Assembly: GCA_030390025.1 (NCBI GenBank)
Contig: CM059432.1
Coordinates: 78,184,001 to 78,248,000, forward strand
From: Squalus acanthias
Taxonomy: Eukaryota
DNA length: 64,000 bases
Reading direction: 5' to 3'
Shown here piece after piece: positions 20,791-33,052 of the stretch. The notes beneath the pieces were generated by a model. It was not told where the DNA came from and did not search any database. It worked only from the letters and a program-made list of their open reading frames with translations. The first letter of the stretch is position 1; each line of letters opens with the position of its first letter. The position numbers and the translations under genes were made by a program.

Positions 20791-23700
20791 AAAAAACTTT
20801 GTGCTTATTGACAAGACAAAGGTCATCCCCAAGGGCTTTGCACCCCATGATGGATTTGCAACTTCTGCACAAAATGTGATGAAATGGTTAATTTCCACAA
20901 TGTGGCAACATTCAAATTATGCACAAGTACACAATGCTGCTATAGAAACAACAGTGCCATTTTTGTTTGAAGAGCTATTCAGGTGGGTGGTAGGCAGGGT
21001 GCACACAGCAGCCACTCATTCCATTTTGGTTTGAGGTCCTCATAATATATTCGGCGAGCTGCCAGCGTGAAACGTGATCCCTAGTAGGCAGTTCGCCAAT
21101 CTGGAGGTGAGAAATTGGGTAGGGTGGCTGAATGAGAAAGGCCTGCAGCAGCACCTTTTTTTTTTAAAGGAAAGTAGAAGCGTCAGGAGTGAAAACATTT
21201 TTGCATAACCCACAGCAGCAAGTACATTAAATTTAGCCTTTAAGGCTTAAAATGCAGCGGCACTGCCATAAAAATGCATTCCAACCCTCCTCTAACCTTC
21301 CCTGACTGCAGCTGAGGATCCCATTAATTACGCAAAGGCCACCTCTTGAATTGTACTGCCCATGGTTGGTGGGTGGGACAAGGAAGTGTGGTAATGGCAT
21401 CTGGGGTCCTAACTGTGTCTTCTGTCCTCAATTCACATATATGAATGAGACTCCCACCTGTTTCAGGCAGAAGCTAAATTGAGGTCTGCATGAAATTCAA
21501 GATAGATGGGGACTCAGTGGTAAATTAGCGGTTCCATTCCATGCACAATTTTGGTGCCGCCACTACCCCGTTTTTAAGCACAAACAGGGCAGTAGGGACA
21601 TGAAAATCGCCCCAACGTGTCAAAACAAAACTGCAAAATGTGCTCCCAAGTGCATCGCACATAATAAATCAATCCATGCACAAGGGATAAAACAAGAGGT
21701 AGGCCTGTGATCCTAGACTGACTATTTCTGATCATCAAAACTAAAATATCAAAGCGTACAGTTTAGTTAGTCAGCCTGGCTTCAGAGGAGAGGGACAGTG
21801 ACTCTGCCATATTTGGCACCAAAAATTAGAAATGTTAATTTTCAAACTTTAGTGCTTAAATTTAGAATTGTGGATTTTGTTAAGTTGAATATATTTTTAA
21901 TAACACAATCATGCAATAGTCTTTATTTTACTGCTACGTCTAACCTGTCAAAGTACTTTGTTGGATTAACAAATACAATTAACACGAAGATTCTATCAAG
22001 TTCCCTATGCTTCAGATATAGATGAAGTCCCATCAGATAGCTAACACTTTTTAGGACAACATCTTTTGTTCTTGGCTGTCCCAAACTGATCCAGGCTCTT
22101 AAATGGACCACTGAGGATGGTTAATACTAAGGTATTACTTTCTCTTGTACCAAACATGAACAAACAATAGCAAAATAAATGTTAGTGACCATTCATATTT
22201 TTCACAAAAAATATAGCTATTTAGATGGATTTATAGGAAAATGTTACTTTTCCAAACACCTTATTTCTTGATTCCATCAATCAGCCTGATGGGCTGAAGA
22301 CGTGCAGAATGACTATTAGCCATCAGTGGGTGAAACATAATACCACTTTTCAGTCTCATTGGTTTCTAGGTAGACTATGACGATGAATGTTTTATTCATT
22401 CTGTCCTAGGTTTTATGATTGGAAGGCCAATCAAATACCTGCTTGAACAAAGTAGGGAATACAATCCCAGTGACCTGTTTACCTCCGTACTGAGATCTGA
22501 GAGCAGCCGCTGTATCTTCACCGCAGGTAGACAATGTACTGACAATATATAGCTTATCTCGCTGTTTTGGTATTCTGTAACTCTTGCTATAAATGTACTT
22601 CACGCATCAATGTATGACGGTATTACAAATATAATGTCTGTGTGTAGCTGGAAGACTGCACAACAAGCAGATCATCTGTTAGTTGCAGCTGACTGTGCAG
22701 GAGAGTTTGGTTACATCTGGTGAACTGAAAGATGTTTTGTAAGTGTAGGGTTCAATTTGGCAACTCAAGTTTGTGGAATTACTGAGTTTTTTCTTGTAAT
22801 GAAATGTGGAGAATTTGAGATGTGACTATACTATATTGTATATTGTAACTTCTAAAAATGTTATACTGAAATTGCATGTGTGCTAGAAGAAATATCATTT
22901 TTTTTCCTTTTATATGATCAGTGTATCTTTGACATGCTTGCCATGACTAAGTGGAAGTGCCTTTCATAGGAATTGGCTCTTGGTATGAACATTTCAATTT
23001 TTCAGGATTGCATTAGTTGTTTAATAGTCACAGATATTTACATCAGCTTCTATCTGGACTTTAGCCACTCTCAGGACTATTTTGTTTCCACCTGCTGATA
23101 AAGAAAGCAGTAGAAATGCTAACGTGTAAGGTAATACTTTAGGTCTGTCCTGAAGTGAACTACTATTTCATGTGACAAAGTTTAAGGTCACCTACCTCCA
23201 GCTTTTTTTTTAATGGACTCCAGCTTCCTGGTATGACCACACCATCTTGGTTCTTTAATGGTTTTCTATTTTCTGCCCTGGCTTTGCAGCTATAATTTAT
23301 ATCCTTTTGATCTTTCCTCTCTGCTTCCTTTCCCTGAATTTGAAGTCCTTGGGTTCTACAAGATCATCTTAGTGTTTTATTTGAGTTCTATATTTTTTAT
23401 TTATTTTCTTTGTTCAATATACCCCTCACTCCCTAACAGTCAGTCTAATGGAGAATATCTTTCACAGCTTTGCAGCTGCTTATCCACCTTTATGTAGTCC
23501 TTAGTGCTCTTGGTTACTCAGTTCAGTCTCTGTTTTAGTTGGCTTGCACTATCCAGTCTCGTGGCTTATCTCTGCTCCATTCTATCCTTCTGCATTGGAC
23601 AAATCCTTGTGAGATTTTTATGTGAGCAGTATACTTAAGGCATGTCATCACAGCAAAATTATAAGCATGGCTAGAAGGTGCCTCAGTCACATGGGCTTCA

Positions 23701-24136
23701 GAGTTCACTTTGTCCATGCTGACGTGGCTGCCCCATGCCAGATTTTCTTCATTTCTCAGTAGATCAAGTGTGTCACATCTCCTTGATAACCAAGGGAAGG
23801 AGGGTTCTTGGGCAATCAGAAATTACCTGCACTGCAGCAATATAGTTGCTGTAAGCATAATGTCTAAATTTATGTTATTTGTAAGTGTTTTATGGGTTCT
23901 CATATAGGTGTTTCTTCTCTAAGTGCAGCTTCGCTGAAGCCAAAATATGGCCTCTAGTATTCTCCTTGTGTGTGCCCCTAAAGTTGAGACCCACGGCTTT
24001 TTTCTTGCTGGCCCTAATGTAAGTTCCCATTGCTGGTCTCAGTGGAGCAGCTTGGTGAATTCCCCAGGCCAGGCATTAGACTGACATGCAGGACCATTGA
24101 TATTGGTGCCATCGACCAGCGACTTTGAGCACTGTT

Positions 24137-24611
24137 AGAAAGAAAGAAAGAAAGAAAGACTTCCATTTATATAGCACCTTTCATGACCACCGGACATCTC
24201 AAAGCGCTTTACAGCCAATGAAGTACTTTTGGAGTGTAGTCACTCTTGTAATGTGGGAAACGCGGCAGCCAATTTGTGCATAGCAAGCTCCCACAAACAG
24301 CAATGTGATAATGACCAGATAATCTGTTTTTGTTATGTTGGTTGAGGGATAACTATTGGTCAGGACACCGGGGATAACTCCCCTGCTCTTCTTCGAAATA
24401 GTGCCACGGGATCTTTTACGTCCACCTGAGAGAGAGCAGATGGGGCCTCGGTTTAACGTCTCATCCGAAAGACGGCACCTCCGACAGTACAACACTCCCT
24501 CAGCACTGTACTGGAGTGTCAGCCTAACTTTATGTGCACAAGTCCCTGGAGTGGGACTTGAACCCACAACCTTCTGACTCAGAGGCAAGTGTGCTACCAA
24601 CTGAGCCACAG
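24137..24611 (-). mobile_element. tRNA-derived SINE, DeuSINE/SacSINE1-like, with L2-type tail and (TTTC)n end
   Basis: Box A TGGCTCAGTTGG (24608-24597); box B GGTTCAAGTCC (24564-24554); AAAGGTGCTATATAAAT-type tail shared with L2 ends in this window. Confidence 0.85.
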
Positions 24612-26280
24612 TGAGGGGTATATTGGGGAGCCAGAAGGTAATGTCAGGTGGGTCATGGAGCATGTTAAGGAGCACAAGCTGGAGGTTAGGCAGCAAGGTC
24701 GGTCAGAAGAGCATATTGGGGAGCAGAAGGGATATGGTGAGTAGGTGATAAAGGAGCAGACGTAATGGGTGAGAAGGATGGCACTGTTGCCTCTCCTTCC
24801 CGTTTCTCCATTGTCCCTTCCTTACTTCAATCATTCCACTCAGCTCCATTCCACCTCCACCCATCACCTAAAATCCCCCAGTGTCTCACTCCCTAAAATA
24901 TCCTTCCACACCCCACCCCCAAAAGGAAGGGAGGGGATAAGTGGAAGATAAAGGAGGGTGGGGAAAGTGGGAATTTGGGGCTTGGAAAGCAGATATGGAG
25001 CAGTGATTAGATCTTTTTCATGTTGCTTTCTAATACCACTGGAAAATGAGGCCTGTTCCCCCTCAGTGGCTCCTTTCCATCACCTTTTGAAAGAAAGCAG
25101 AAATGGAAAAGACAGAAGCAGAAAATTACATGGAGCTTAGAACAAACTAACAAAAGAGGAGAGAAATAGAAGCGGAACAGAAATACACTGGGAAGCGGAA
25201 GCTGAGATAGACAAACACACAGGGAAGAACCAACATAAAGATGATATAGAGAAAGGTAAGAGAGAGACTATTTGCTCCGACTTCATGCCCAACACCATAG
25301 GAAGTTCAGTAACTGTACATTAACATCAATGAGTGGCTCAAACATTTAATTTCAAAATGCATTGAAAAGTCCTATATCAGTCTCTGTCTATGGCAAAATC
25401 CATTTTAAAAGTGTTAGCCTGCATTGCCTGTTTATGCCTCTAGATGAGGCCATGATTGGCATTTACAGTGTTAAAACCTGTCATGATAAGGTTGGGTGCA
25501 AAGCCCATCAATCGTACTATGATTTTGGCCATGAGAGCCAGCATGCAATTCCAGTACAAATGCACTGGGTAGCAGCACATGAATGTGTGAGGAGTTCTTG
25601 CAGGATTGCAATATGTGGATGAAAGGCAAGTGTTGTGTTGAACTAAAAAATATTTGAGCAAAAAAAATCTAAGCCTTTTTTTAAAACAAAATTAGTACTC
25701 ACTTTTGCTTGAAGCTAAAATCAGTTTCATCCACCTGTCAATTCAGTTTTGAGAATTTGTAATCATACTTCGAGGGGCCTGATCTGCATCACTCCCCTTC
25801 CATGCTTTAATTCGGCTTAAAATTCAGGCTCATGCCCAAAATGCCATTCAAGGAATGACTTCCAAAATAATTTTTAACCCCTCTGTATTGTAGTCCTACC
25901 TCCACCTGCACCAACATTGAGTATTACTTCCTATTGGAGCACAGGATCTGTGAATTTATTTTTATTAACACGTACGCTCTCATGTCCAACTGTATGATTG
26001 CAGATAAATGCACTTGCAGGCAGATTTCACTGGCAAAAACTTTAAGGTTATCTTTATCTGTGCTCTAAACTAGACAGTTTTACTCCTGTTCTAGAGATTA
26101 TTTGGGCAGTGTAGAAAATAGATATGCAAACTACAAGATTGTAAGTTAAGGCATTGTGATACTAACCATGAAAGTGAAGCTTGAATAGATTATGGTGTCA
26201 TCAGAACTCCAATATTGTGTTACAGACTTCTGATGTATACATTTTGCATTTTGTAATATCAGAAATGCAAGAACACTTGC

Positions 26281-28465
26281 AGCAACAAGAACTTGCATTT
26301 ATATGGCACCTTTAATGCAGAAAAATGGTCCCAAGGCACTTCAGAGGCAAAAGGGAAAAAAGTGGACTTCGAGCCATTAGAAGGGGTGACCAAAAACTTG
26401 ATTAGAGATGGGTTTTAAGGAGGGTCTTAAAAGAAGGGGGCAGCTGTAGGGTTGGAAGAGATTACAAAGATAGGGATTTCAACACAACAATAAGAATTTT
26501 AATTTTGACTAGTTGGGAGACCAGGAGCTAAGGTAGGTCAGCAAGGACACGGGTGAAGGGTGAGTGGGTCTTGGTGTGAGATTGAATATAGGCAGCAGAG
26601 TTTTGGATGAGATCTCGGAGGGTTGTAAGGCTGGAGGAGGTTACAGAGCTAGGGAGGGGTGAGGCCATGAAGGGATTTAAAAACAAGAAAGAGAATTTTA
26701 AAATCGAGGCGTTTCTTAACCGGGAGCCAATGTAGCTCAGCGAGCACGGGTGAATGGGACTTGGTGCGAGGTACGATACGTACAGCAGAGTTTTGGATGA
26801 GCTCGAGTTTATGGAGGGTGGTAGATGGGAGGCCGGCCAGGAGAGCATTAGAATAGTCAAGTCTAGAGGTAACAAAGGTATGGATGAGGGTTTCAGCAGC
26901 AGATGAGCTGAGGCAGGGGTGGAGACGGGCGATGCTACAGAGGTGGAAGTAGGCAGTCTTGGTGATGGAGCAGATATGTGGTCGGAAGCGCATCTTGGGG
27001 TCAAATAGGATGGCATGGTTGTGAACAGTCTGGTTCAGCCTCAGTGACCAGGGAGAAGGATGGAGTTGGTGGCTAGGGAACAGAGTTTGTGGAGAGGACT
27101 GAAGACTATGGCTTCGGTCTTCCCAATATTTAGTTGGAGGAAATTTCTGCTCATCCAGTGCTGGATGTCGGACAAGCAGTCTAACAATTTGAGTGGAGGG
27201 GTCAAGAGAGGTGGGGGGGGAGGTAGAGCTGAGTGTCATCCGCATACGTGTGGAAACTGAGGCTGTGTTTTCGGATGATGTCGCCGAGGGGCAGCATGTA
27301 GATGAGAAATGGGAGGGGACCAAGGATAGATCCTTGGGGGGACACCAGAGGTAACGGTATGGGGGTGGGCGGAGAAGACATTGCAGGTGGTTCTCTGGCT
27401 ACGACTGGATAGATAAGAATGGAGCCAGGCAAGTGGAGTCCCACCCAGCTGGACGACGAAGGAGGATGGTGTGGTCAACTGTGTCAAAGGTTGCAGACTG
27501 GTCGAGAAGGATGAGGAGGGATAGTTTACCGCAGTCACATAAGGTGTCATTTGTGACTTTGATAAAGGCCATTTCAGTACTTTGGCAGGAGTGGAAACCT
27601 GATTGGAGTGATTCAAATATAGAGTTGCGGGAAAGATGGGCTGGATTTGGGAGGCGACACCACATTCAAGGACTTTGAAGAGGAAAGGGAGGTTGGAGAT
27701 GAGGTGGTGGTTTGCAGAGGGATCAAGGGTGGATTTGTTGAGGAAGGGGTGATGATGGCAGTTTTGAAAGGGGGGAAAATACCTGAGGACAGAGAACCAT
27801 TAACAATATTAGCTAACATGGGGGCGAGGAAGGGAAGTTGGGTGGTCAGCAGTTTGGTGGGAATAGGGTTGAGGGAGCAGGAGGTGGGTCTTGTGGACAA
27901 GATGAGCTCACAGAGGGCATGAGGTAAGATAGGAGAGAAATTAGAGAAAGATGAGAATTCAAGGCTGGGGCAGGGGGGACCCTTGCGGGAAGTTTGACTT
28001 GGTGGGCTAGGGGAAGGGAGGGAAGCAGTAAAGGCAGCTGGTCGAATGGTCTCGACCTTTATGACAAAGTCCATAAGCTTTTTGCACTTGTTGGTGGAGG
28101 AGGAAGGGAGAGGTGTTTAAGAAGACGTTTTGTAGTGGAGAAGAGAAGCCGGGGGTTATCATTGCATTCCAGGTTGATCCTGAAATAATGAGCAGTTTTG
28201 GCAAAGGAGAGCAGGACCCGATAGTGCTTTATGTGGTCCAACCAGATCTGGTGATGAACGTTTATGGTGGACAACTGGTTTAGCCATTCAAGTCTGCAAC
28301 CTTTGGACTTAAGGGAGCAGAGATGAGGGCCGTACCAGGGTGAGAGAGAGTAATGGTTTTAGTGGGGACAAGGGCATCAAAGGTGGGTGCAAGGGTGTGA
28401 TTGAACAGAGTGGTATCTGCAGAAATGTCGTGGTGAATGGAGAACCAAAGGCTAGACAGTTGGGT
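26281..28465 (-). mobile_element. L2-clade LINE, 5'-truncated and decayed
   Basis: RT fragments SLQSGFH...[20 protein letters not shown] and SRLDYSNALLAGLP; L2-type 3' tail. Confidence 0.88.
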
Positions 28466-29036
28466 ACTGGGTTAAAATTATCCTAAATCGCTTTCCTGTT
28501 ACATCTCTTGTTCTGGGTTAGATTCTAACTCTAAGAAGTAAAAGGACAATGTTTCAACCTATTGCACCTTCTAGCCTTAGCCCAGCACCCATCACCTCTG
28601 AGGCAGACTGCTAGTGTGCCAAATAGTATGCACTTTTCTCCTGTGAACTTGTAACCACTAGAACTAGATTGAGAAAAAAATAATTTCATGTAGGACCCTA
28701 ATGCTGACAGAGAGGAGACTTTCTGGGATTTGAACTCATATTTGCAAGTGAATGGACAGTGATCAACTTTGCCCAGCTGTCATAAGATACAACAGTCATG
28801 GAGGACCATGACTATACACTTCTTTTAAACAGAAAAGTTTTGGAGTTGGCTTTCAGGATCTCCATCACCCTGGGAAAGAGCTGCCACAGGAGTGGGAACA
28901 ACCTGTAGTGTGGTAAATAGGCCTTGCAGTAGAACAACAAAGTTTAAACTCATACAATGTAAATTGGGCTTTTTTTTAAAAACCTAAATTTTAAAAAATT
29001 TTGTATATTGGTATAGCAACAGAAACCAGCTAGAAT

Positions 29037-29325
29037 CACTCAGGATACGGGGTAGGACATTTAGGACTGAGATGAGGAGAAATTTCTTCACTCCGAGGGT
29101 GGTGAACCTGTGGAATTCTCTACCACAGAAGGCTGTGGGGGACAAGTCACTGAATATATTTAAGAAGGAGATAGATAGATTTCTAGACACAAAATGCATC
29201 AAAGGGGTATGGGGAGAGAGCGGGAATATGGTATTGAGATAGAGGATCAGCCATGATCATATTGAATGGCGGAGCAGGCTTGAAGGGCCGAATGGCCTAC
29301 TCCTGCTCCTATTTTTCTATGTTTC
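29037..29325 (+). mobile_element. CR1 LINE 3' end
   Basis: FRTEMRRNFFT...VVNLWNSLP and the GGCCGAATGGCCTACTCCTGCTCC tail. Confidence 0.9.
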
Positions 29326-29569
29326 AATAGCCCTACATTTAAACTTTGACATGCAAGGAACAGGGAGGGGTGGGTGGTTAGATTTTACAAATTGGTACTC
29401 ACAGCACAGAGCATCAGGCAAGAGAGCGCATGTCAAGAATTATAGGCAGAAAATTATGCAGGAAAAACTGACCACCATAAAGGATGGAAAACCGTGCAGA
29501 GCGTGGTGAATACCTGCCCAAATTCCCATGCACTCCCTTTGCACAAAGCTTGGTCAGCTGTAATAAATT

Positions 29570-29985
29570 GTTGGCTTGATGGTGGCGCTCTTACCTCTGA
29601 TTCAGAAAGTTATGGATTCAATTTCCACTCCAGAGACTTGAGCACAGAAATCTAGGCTGGCACTGCAGTGCAGTACTTGGGGAGTTCTGCACTCAGATGT
29701 TAAACCAAGGCCCCATCTGCCCCCTCGGGTGGGTGTAAAAGATCTCGAGGCATTATTCGGGAAAGAGCCAGGGAGTTCTCGCTGATGTCCTGGCTAATAT
29801 TTATCCCTCAACCAACATCACTAAAACAGATTATCTATTCATTATTACATTGTTGTTTGTGGAACCTTGCTGAGCGCATGTTGGCAGCCACATTTCCTAA
29901 CGGTGACTACACATCAAAAGTACTTGGCTGTAAAGCAGTTTGTGACGTCCTAAATGCAAGATTGTTCGTTCGGTCCTTCTTTCTC
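29570..29985 (+). mobile_element. Decayed DeuSINE-like SINE
   Basis: Collinear with the reverse complement of 24137-24611. Confidence 0.8.
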
Positions 29986-30117
29986 TGCCCCAGAGTCCCA
30001 AGCACCAGCAGTGTTTTTTTTTGAGGCTCGAAGTGCCGAATGTCCTACTCCTGCTCCTATTTCTTATGTTCTTTGACAGAGTGGGATCAGCTCTGAGGAA
30101 ATTCCTGGCCTAGGAAA

Positions 30118-30137
30118 ACTGCGCCCTCTAGTGGACC
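30118..30137 (-). promoter_or_regulatory. CTCF binding-site consensus
   Basis: Minus strand reads CCACTAGAGGGCGC (30134-30121), a full match to the CCASYAGRKGGCRS core. Confidence 0.65.
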
Positions 30138-30347
30138 AGAACTACCCAGAATGTTACAGGACAATAGGAAGCCATTCGACCCATTGCACCAGTTCTCTGA
30201 CATAACTATCCACTTAGGCCCACTCCTTTGCCTTTTCCCCGTACCCTCTTAAATTCTTTTTCAAGCTGTGCCGGCTGATTCCTTGGGCCTGGAGGGAAGG
30301 GATCCTGGGGAGGAACTCCTCCTGGCACCACAAAAATTAAAAATTAA

Positions 30348-31125
30348 GGGGGCAAAATTCGGCTCCTTTGTGCCTGCCATTAGCGCCTCCAGGGGGCCCT
30401 AACGGGGCGCAAAGGGGTTATCACCCAGGGTGGGGGGGGGGGACGACAAAAGTGCCCCCGCGAAATTCGGCAGGGCATTGCTGAGGTGCCACCCGATAGC
30501 ACCGTGCCCCCGCCAGTAGCACCCCGGGCCGCCACGCCTCTGGCGACGACGTCATCGCCATGCGCTGTGACCCCTTAGCGCGCCGCCGCGTCCCCATACT
30601 ACCCCGTGGCAGAAATTTGGCTGCGCCCCGCGAGGCTGCCATAGGCAATGTCAGCGCCAGCCTCACGAGTCCCAAACCAGGCCGACCTTCGCTCACGGGG
30701 CGGTAGTTAAAGGGGAGGTGTGGCCGCGACCTGCGCCGCCATTTTCTTTTTTTGGCCGACCTCCAGGTCGGTCCTCCGTGGTGGGCCGTGGTGTGGTCCT
30801 GGCTGCCATCGCGCCACGCCGCCCTGGTGGCCTAGTTGGGGCAATCGGAGGCCCTACAGAGTGTGCAGCAGCCCCCCCCCCCCTTTAACTGAAGGGGAGG
30901 GGCGTTGAAATGCGGCAGTGCTCCGCGGAGCCGCTGCCGATCGCACCCCGACATCGCCTCGGTTCTCGGTTACCGCCCCACTAGGAAGTGCAGCGCCCGA
31001 CATTACGCTCCACTTCCTGGGCGGGGCGGTTAGGCGAATTTCGCGGGCGGGGCTTCCTCACCAGGCGCAGAATGTCCCGCCTTGCCAGCGTCACCGCCCC
31101 GAGATGGGGTGCTACCAAATTTCGC
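30348..31125. mobile_element. GC-rich non-autonomous DNA element (Harbinger-like MITE)
   Basis: GGGGGCAAAATT...AAATTTCGC ends; collinear with 43343-44080. Confidence 0.6.
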
Positions 31126-32828
31126 ATGTTAAAAGTTTCTGGCCTTTAACGGTCGCTGGTTAGGCTGCTCAACACCTGGTTAAAGATGGGCTGAGCGTGC
31201 TTGATGTATGCCTCTGCATCATTCATATTTGAAAATCTGCCTCTGTGGTTGTTGACTTACCTTCATTCACCCAGCACTATTTAAAGCATGATGTATGGAA
31301 ATTGGGGTGCTTTTGAAGAGCCATCAACATTAAGATTTGTGAGGTGTGCACATATCGCATCCATGCCATTAGGTCTGCTATCATTGCATCCCCTGGGAAT
31401 TGAAGTCTCTACATGCACTAATCCCCTGATAGAGTGCAGTATGTGCACCTTTGACTGCAAATGTGGGTGGGAGGCTAAAACGAGTAGATACAGAGCGGGA
31501 AAATGGACTTCCAACTCTCCCGAGAGCGCTCTAACTTTAAGAGGGAAAGTGCCACATTTTTATACTATTCGGATACCTTGGGCTGCATCTACGCACAACA
31601 GCAAGCGTAGGTGCACATTTGCTGAGGCCAGGTATTGAGGTGTTTATCCAGCTCCGGCCTTCATCTCTTCTTACAAGCTTTGTTTATATTAAATCTTAAA
31701 TGCGCAAGCCAAGTGGCCTTGCAGACTTCCATAATTCTGATATGAGCTTTCCATGGAAAATTGCACACAATCAGCACTCTATTTCTCACAGACTTCACAC
31801 TTCCGGACTGAACTTCACCAGAATGGAATATCTACCCTATCCCAATTATGATTGGAAATTGGATCCAAGAAGAACAACAGCATCTCAGTTCATTGCATCT
31901 CTGTTGCTATTAAATAAATAAGCGATAACTTTTCTCAACATCCAGTAGTTTTAATTTTTAAATTCTATATCCTGCTTCTTGCTCCCTTCCCCCATCAATG
32001 TGGTTCACTACCTATGTTTTGGGTTGATCCGCTATCTCTGTTGCCCACTCTCGGTCCATCACAGCTGCGATCCACTCCCAGGCGCTTCATCGGCATGGAC
32101 AGGTTGGGCTGAATGGCCTGTTTCTGTGCCATATATCCTATGTAATGTAATCTTGCTGTGCTTCACTCCATGGCCTCTCCAGCTGATTTCCCACCCTCTC
32201 AAGCGGTGAGCTGCAGCAGGGTTCCTCTCCACTCTCTGTGCTCCCCTCCCTAGCTTCCCCCCCCCCCCCCCCCCCCTGTACCCTTTTGCTGTACTCTTCT
32301 TCCTGGCCTGCCCCAGCTGTGCTTCACTCCCCATAATTTTTGTGGTGCCAGGAGGAGATCCTCCCCAGGATCCCTCCCCTCCAGGCCCAAGGAGCCAGCC
32401 GGCACAGCTTGGGAGCCAGCTGATTTCCCACCCCCTCAAACGGTGAGCTACAGCAGGGTGCCCGCTTGGCATCCACAGCCTGCTGGGGGAATTTAAATGA
32501 GGCCTCCCGATACCGTCTTTAGATGGGCAGTGTGACTCCTTCATTGACTTAGCACCTGTTTTGGGAGAAAGTTGAAGATCGGTCCCAATGGCTTCTGACC
32601 CCTAAGTGAGCACAACAAGAAGAATAAAAAGCAAAATATAGGTTGAGGGATGGCATGAAAATGTCCCAGCAATGAGACAAAGCTCTTGAAATCCACTTCT
32701 GTATATATCTGTGACTAGCAATACTGAATGTCCCTGTTCATTGGATGGGAACATGAATCAGTGTTATGTGGGTGGAACATACAGCCGCGATTTTAATAGA
32801 GGAGGCGGGATGGAGTCGGGTTGCCTGG

Positions 32829-32990
32829 TGGGCGGGGTCCGGACCCGCTGCCGGCTGCATCCGATCCCCAGTGAGATTTTAGTTTAATTGGCCCCTTAAG
32901 TTGAGTGGTGCGCGCTGGCTGGTCCAATGACTGGGATCGGGTCTGTTAGTCGCCTCTGATGACGTCATTAGTGCGGATTTTTTTAAGGGC
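32829..32990 (+). promoter_or_regulatory. Putative promoter of the Harbinger Myb gene
   Basis: GC box at ~32829-32837; CCAAT at 32924-32928; palindromic CRE ATGACGTCAT at 32959-32968; T-rich TTTTAAG about 65 nt upstream of the ATG. Confidence 0.45.
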
Positions 32991-33052
32991 CCAATGCAGC
33001 CTCGGCCTTTCATTTCTTGATTCTGCTGGAGTCTGGAATTGGCAAGGCCACA

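Noticed and set aside
24540..24611. tRNA gene
   Set aside because: The A/B boxes belong to a SINE head followed by a SINE body and tail.
26440..26800. About 180-bp diverged tandem duplication in the L2 element
   Set aside because: Best explained as two adjacent or recombined L2 3' fragments.
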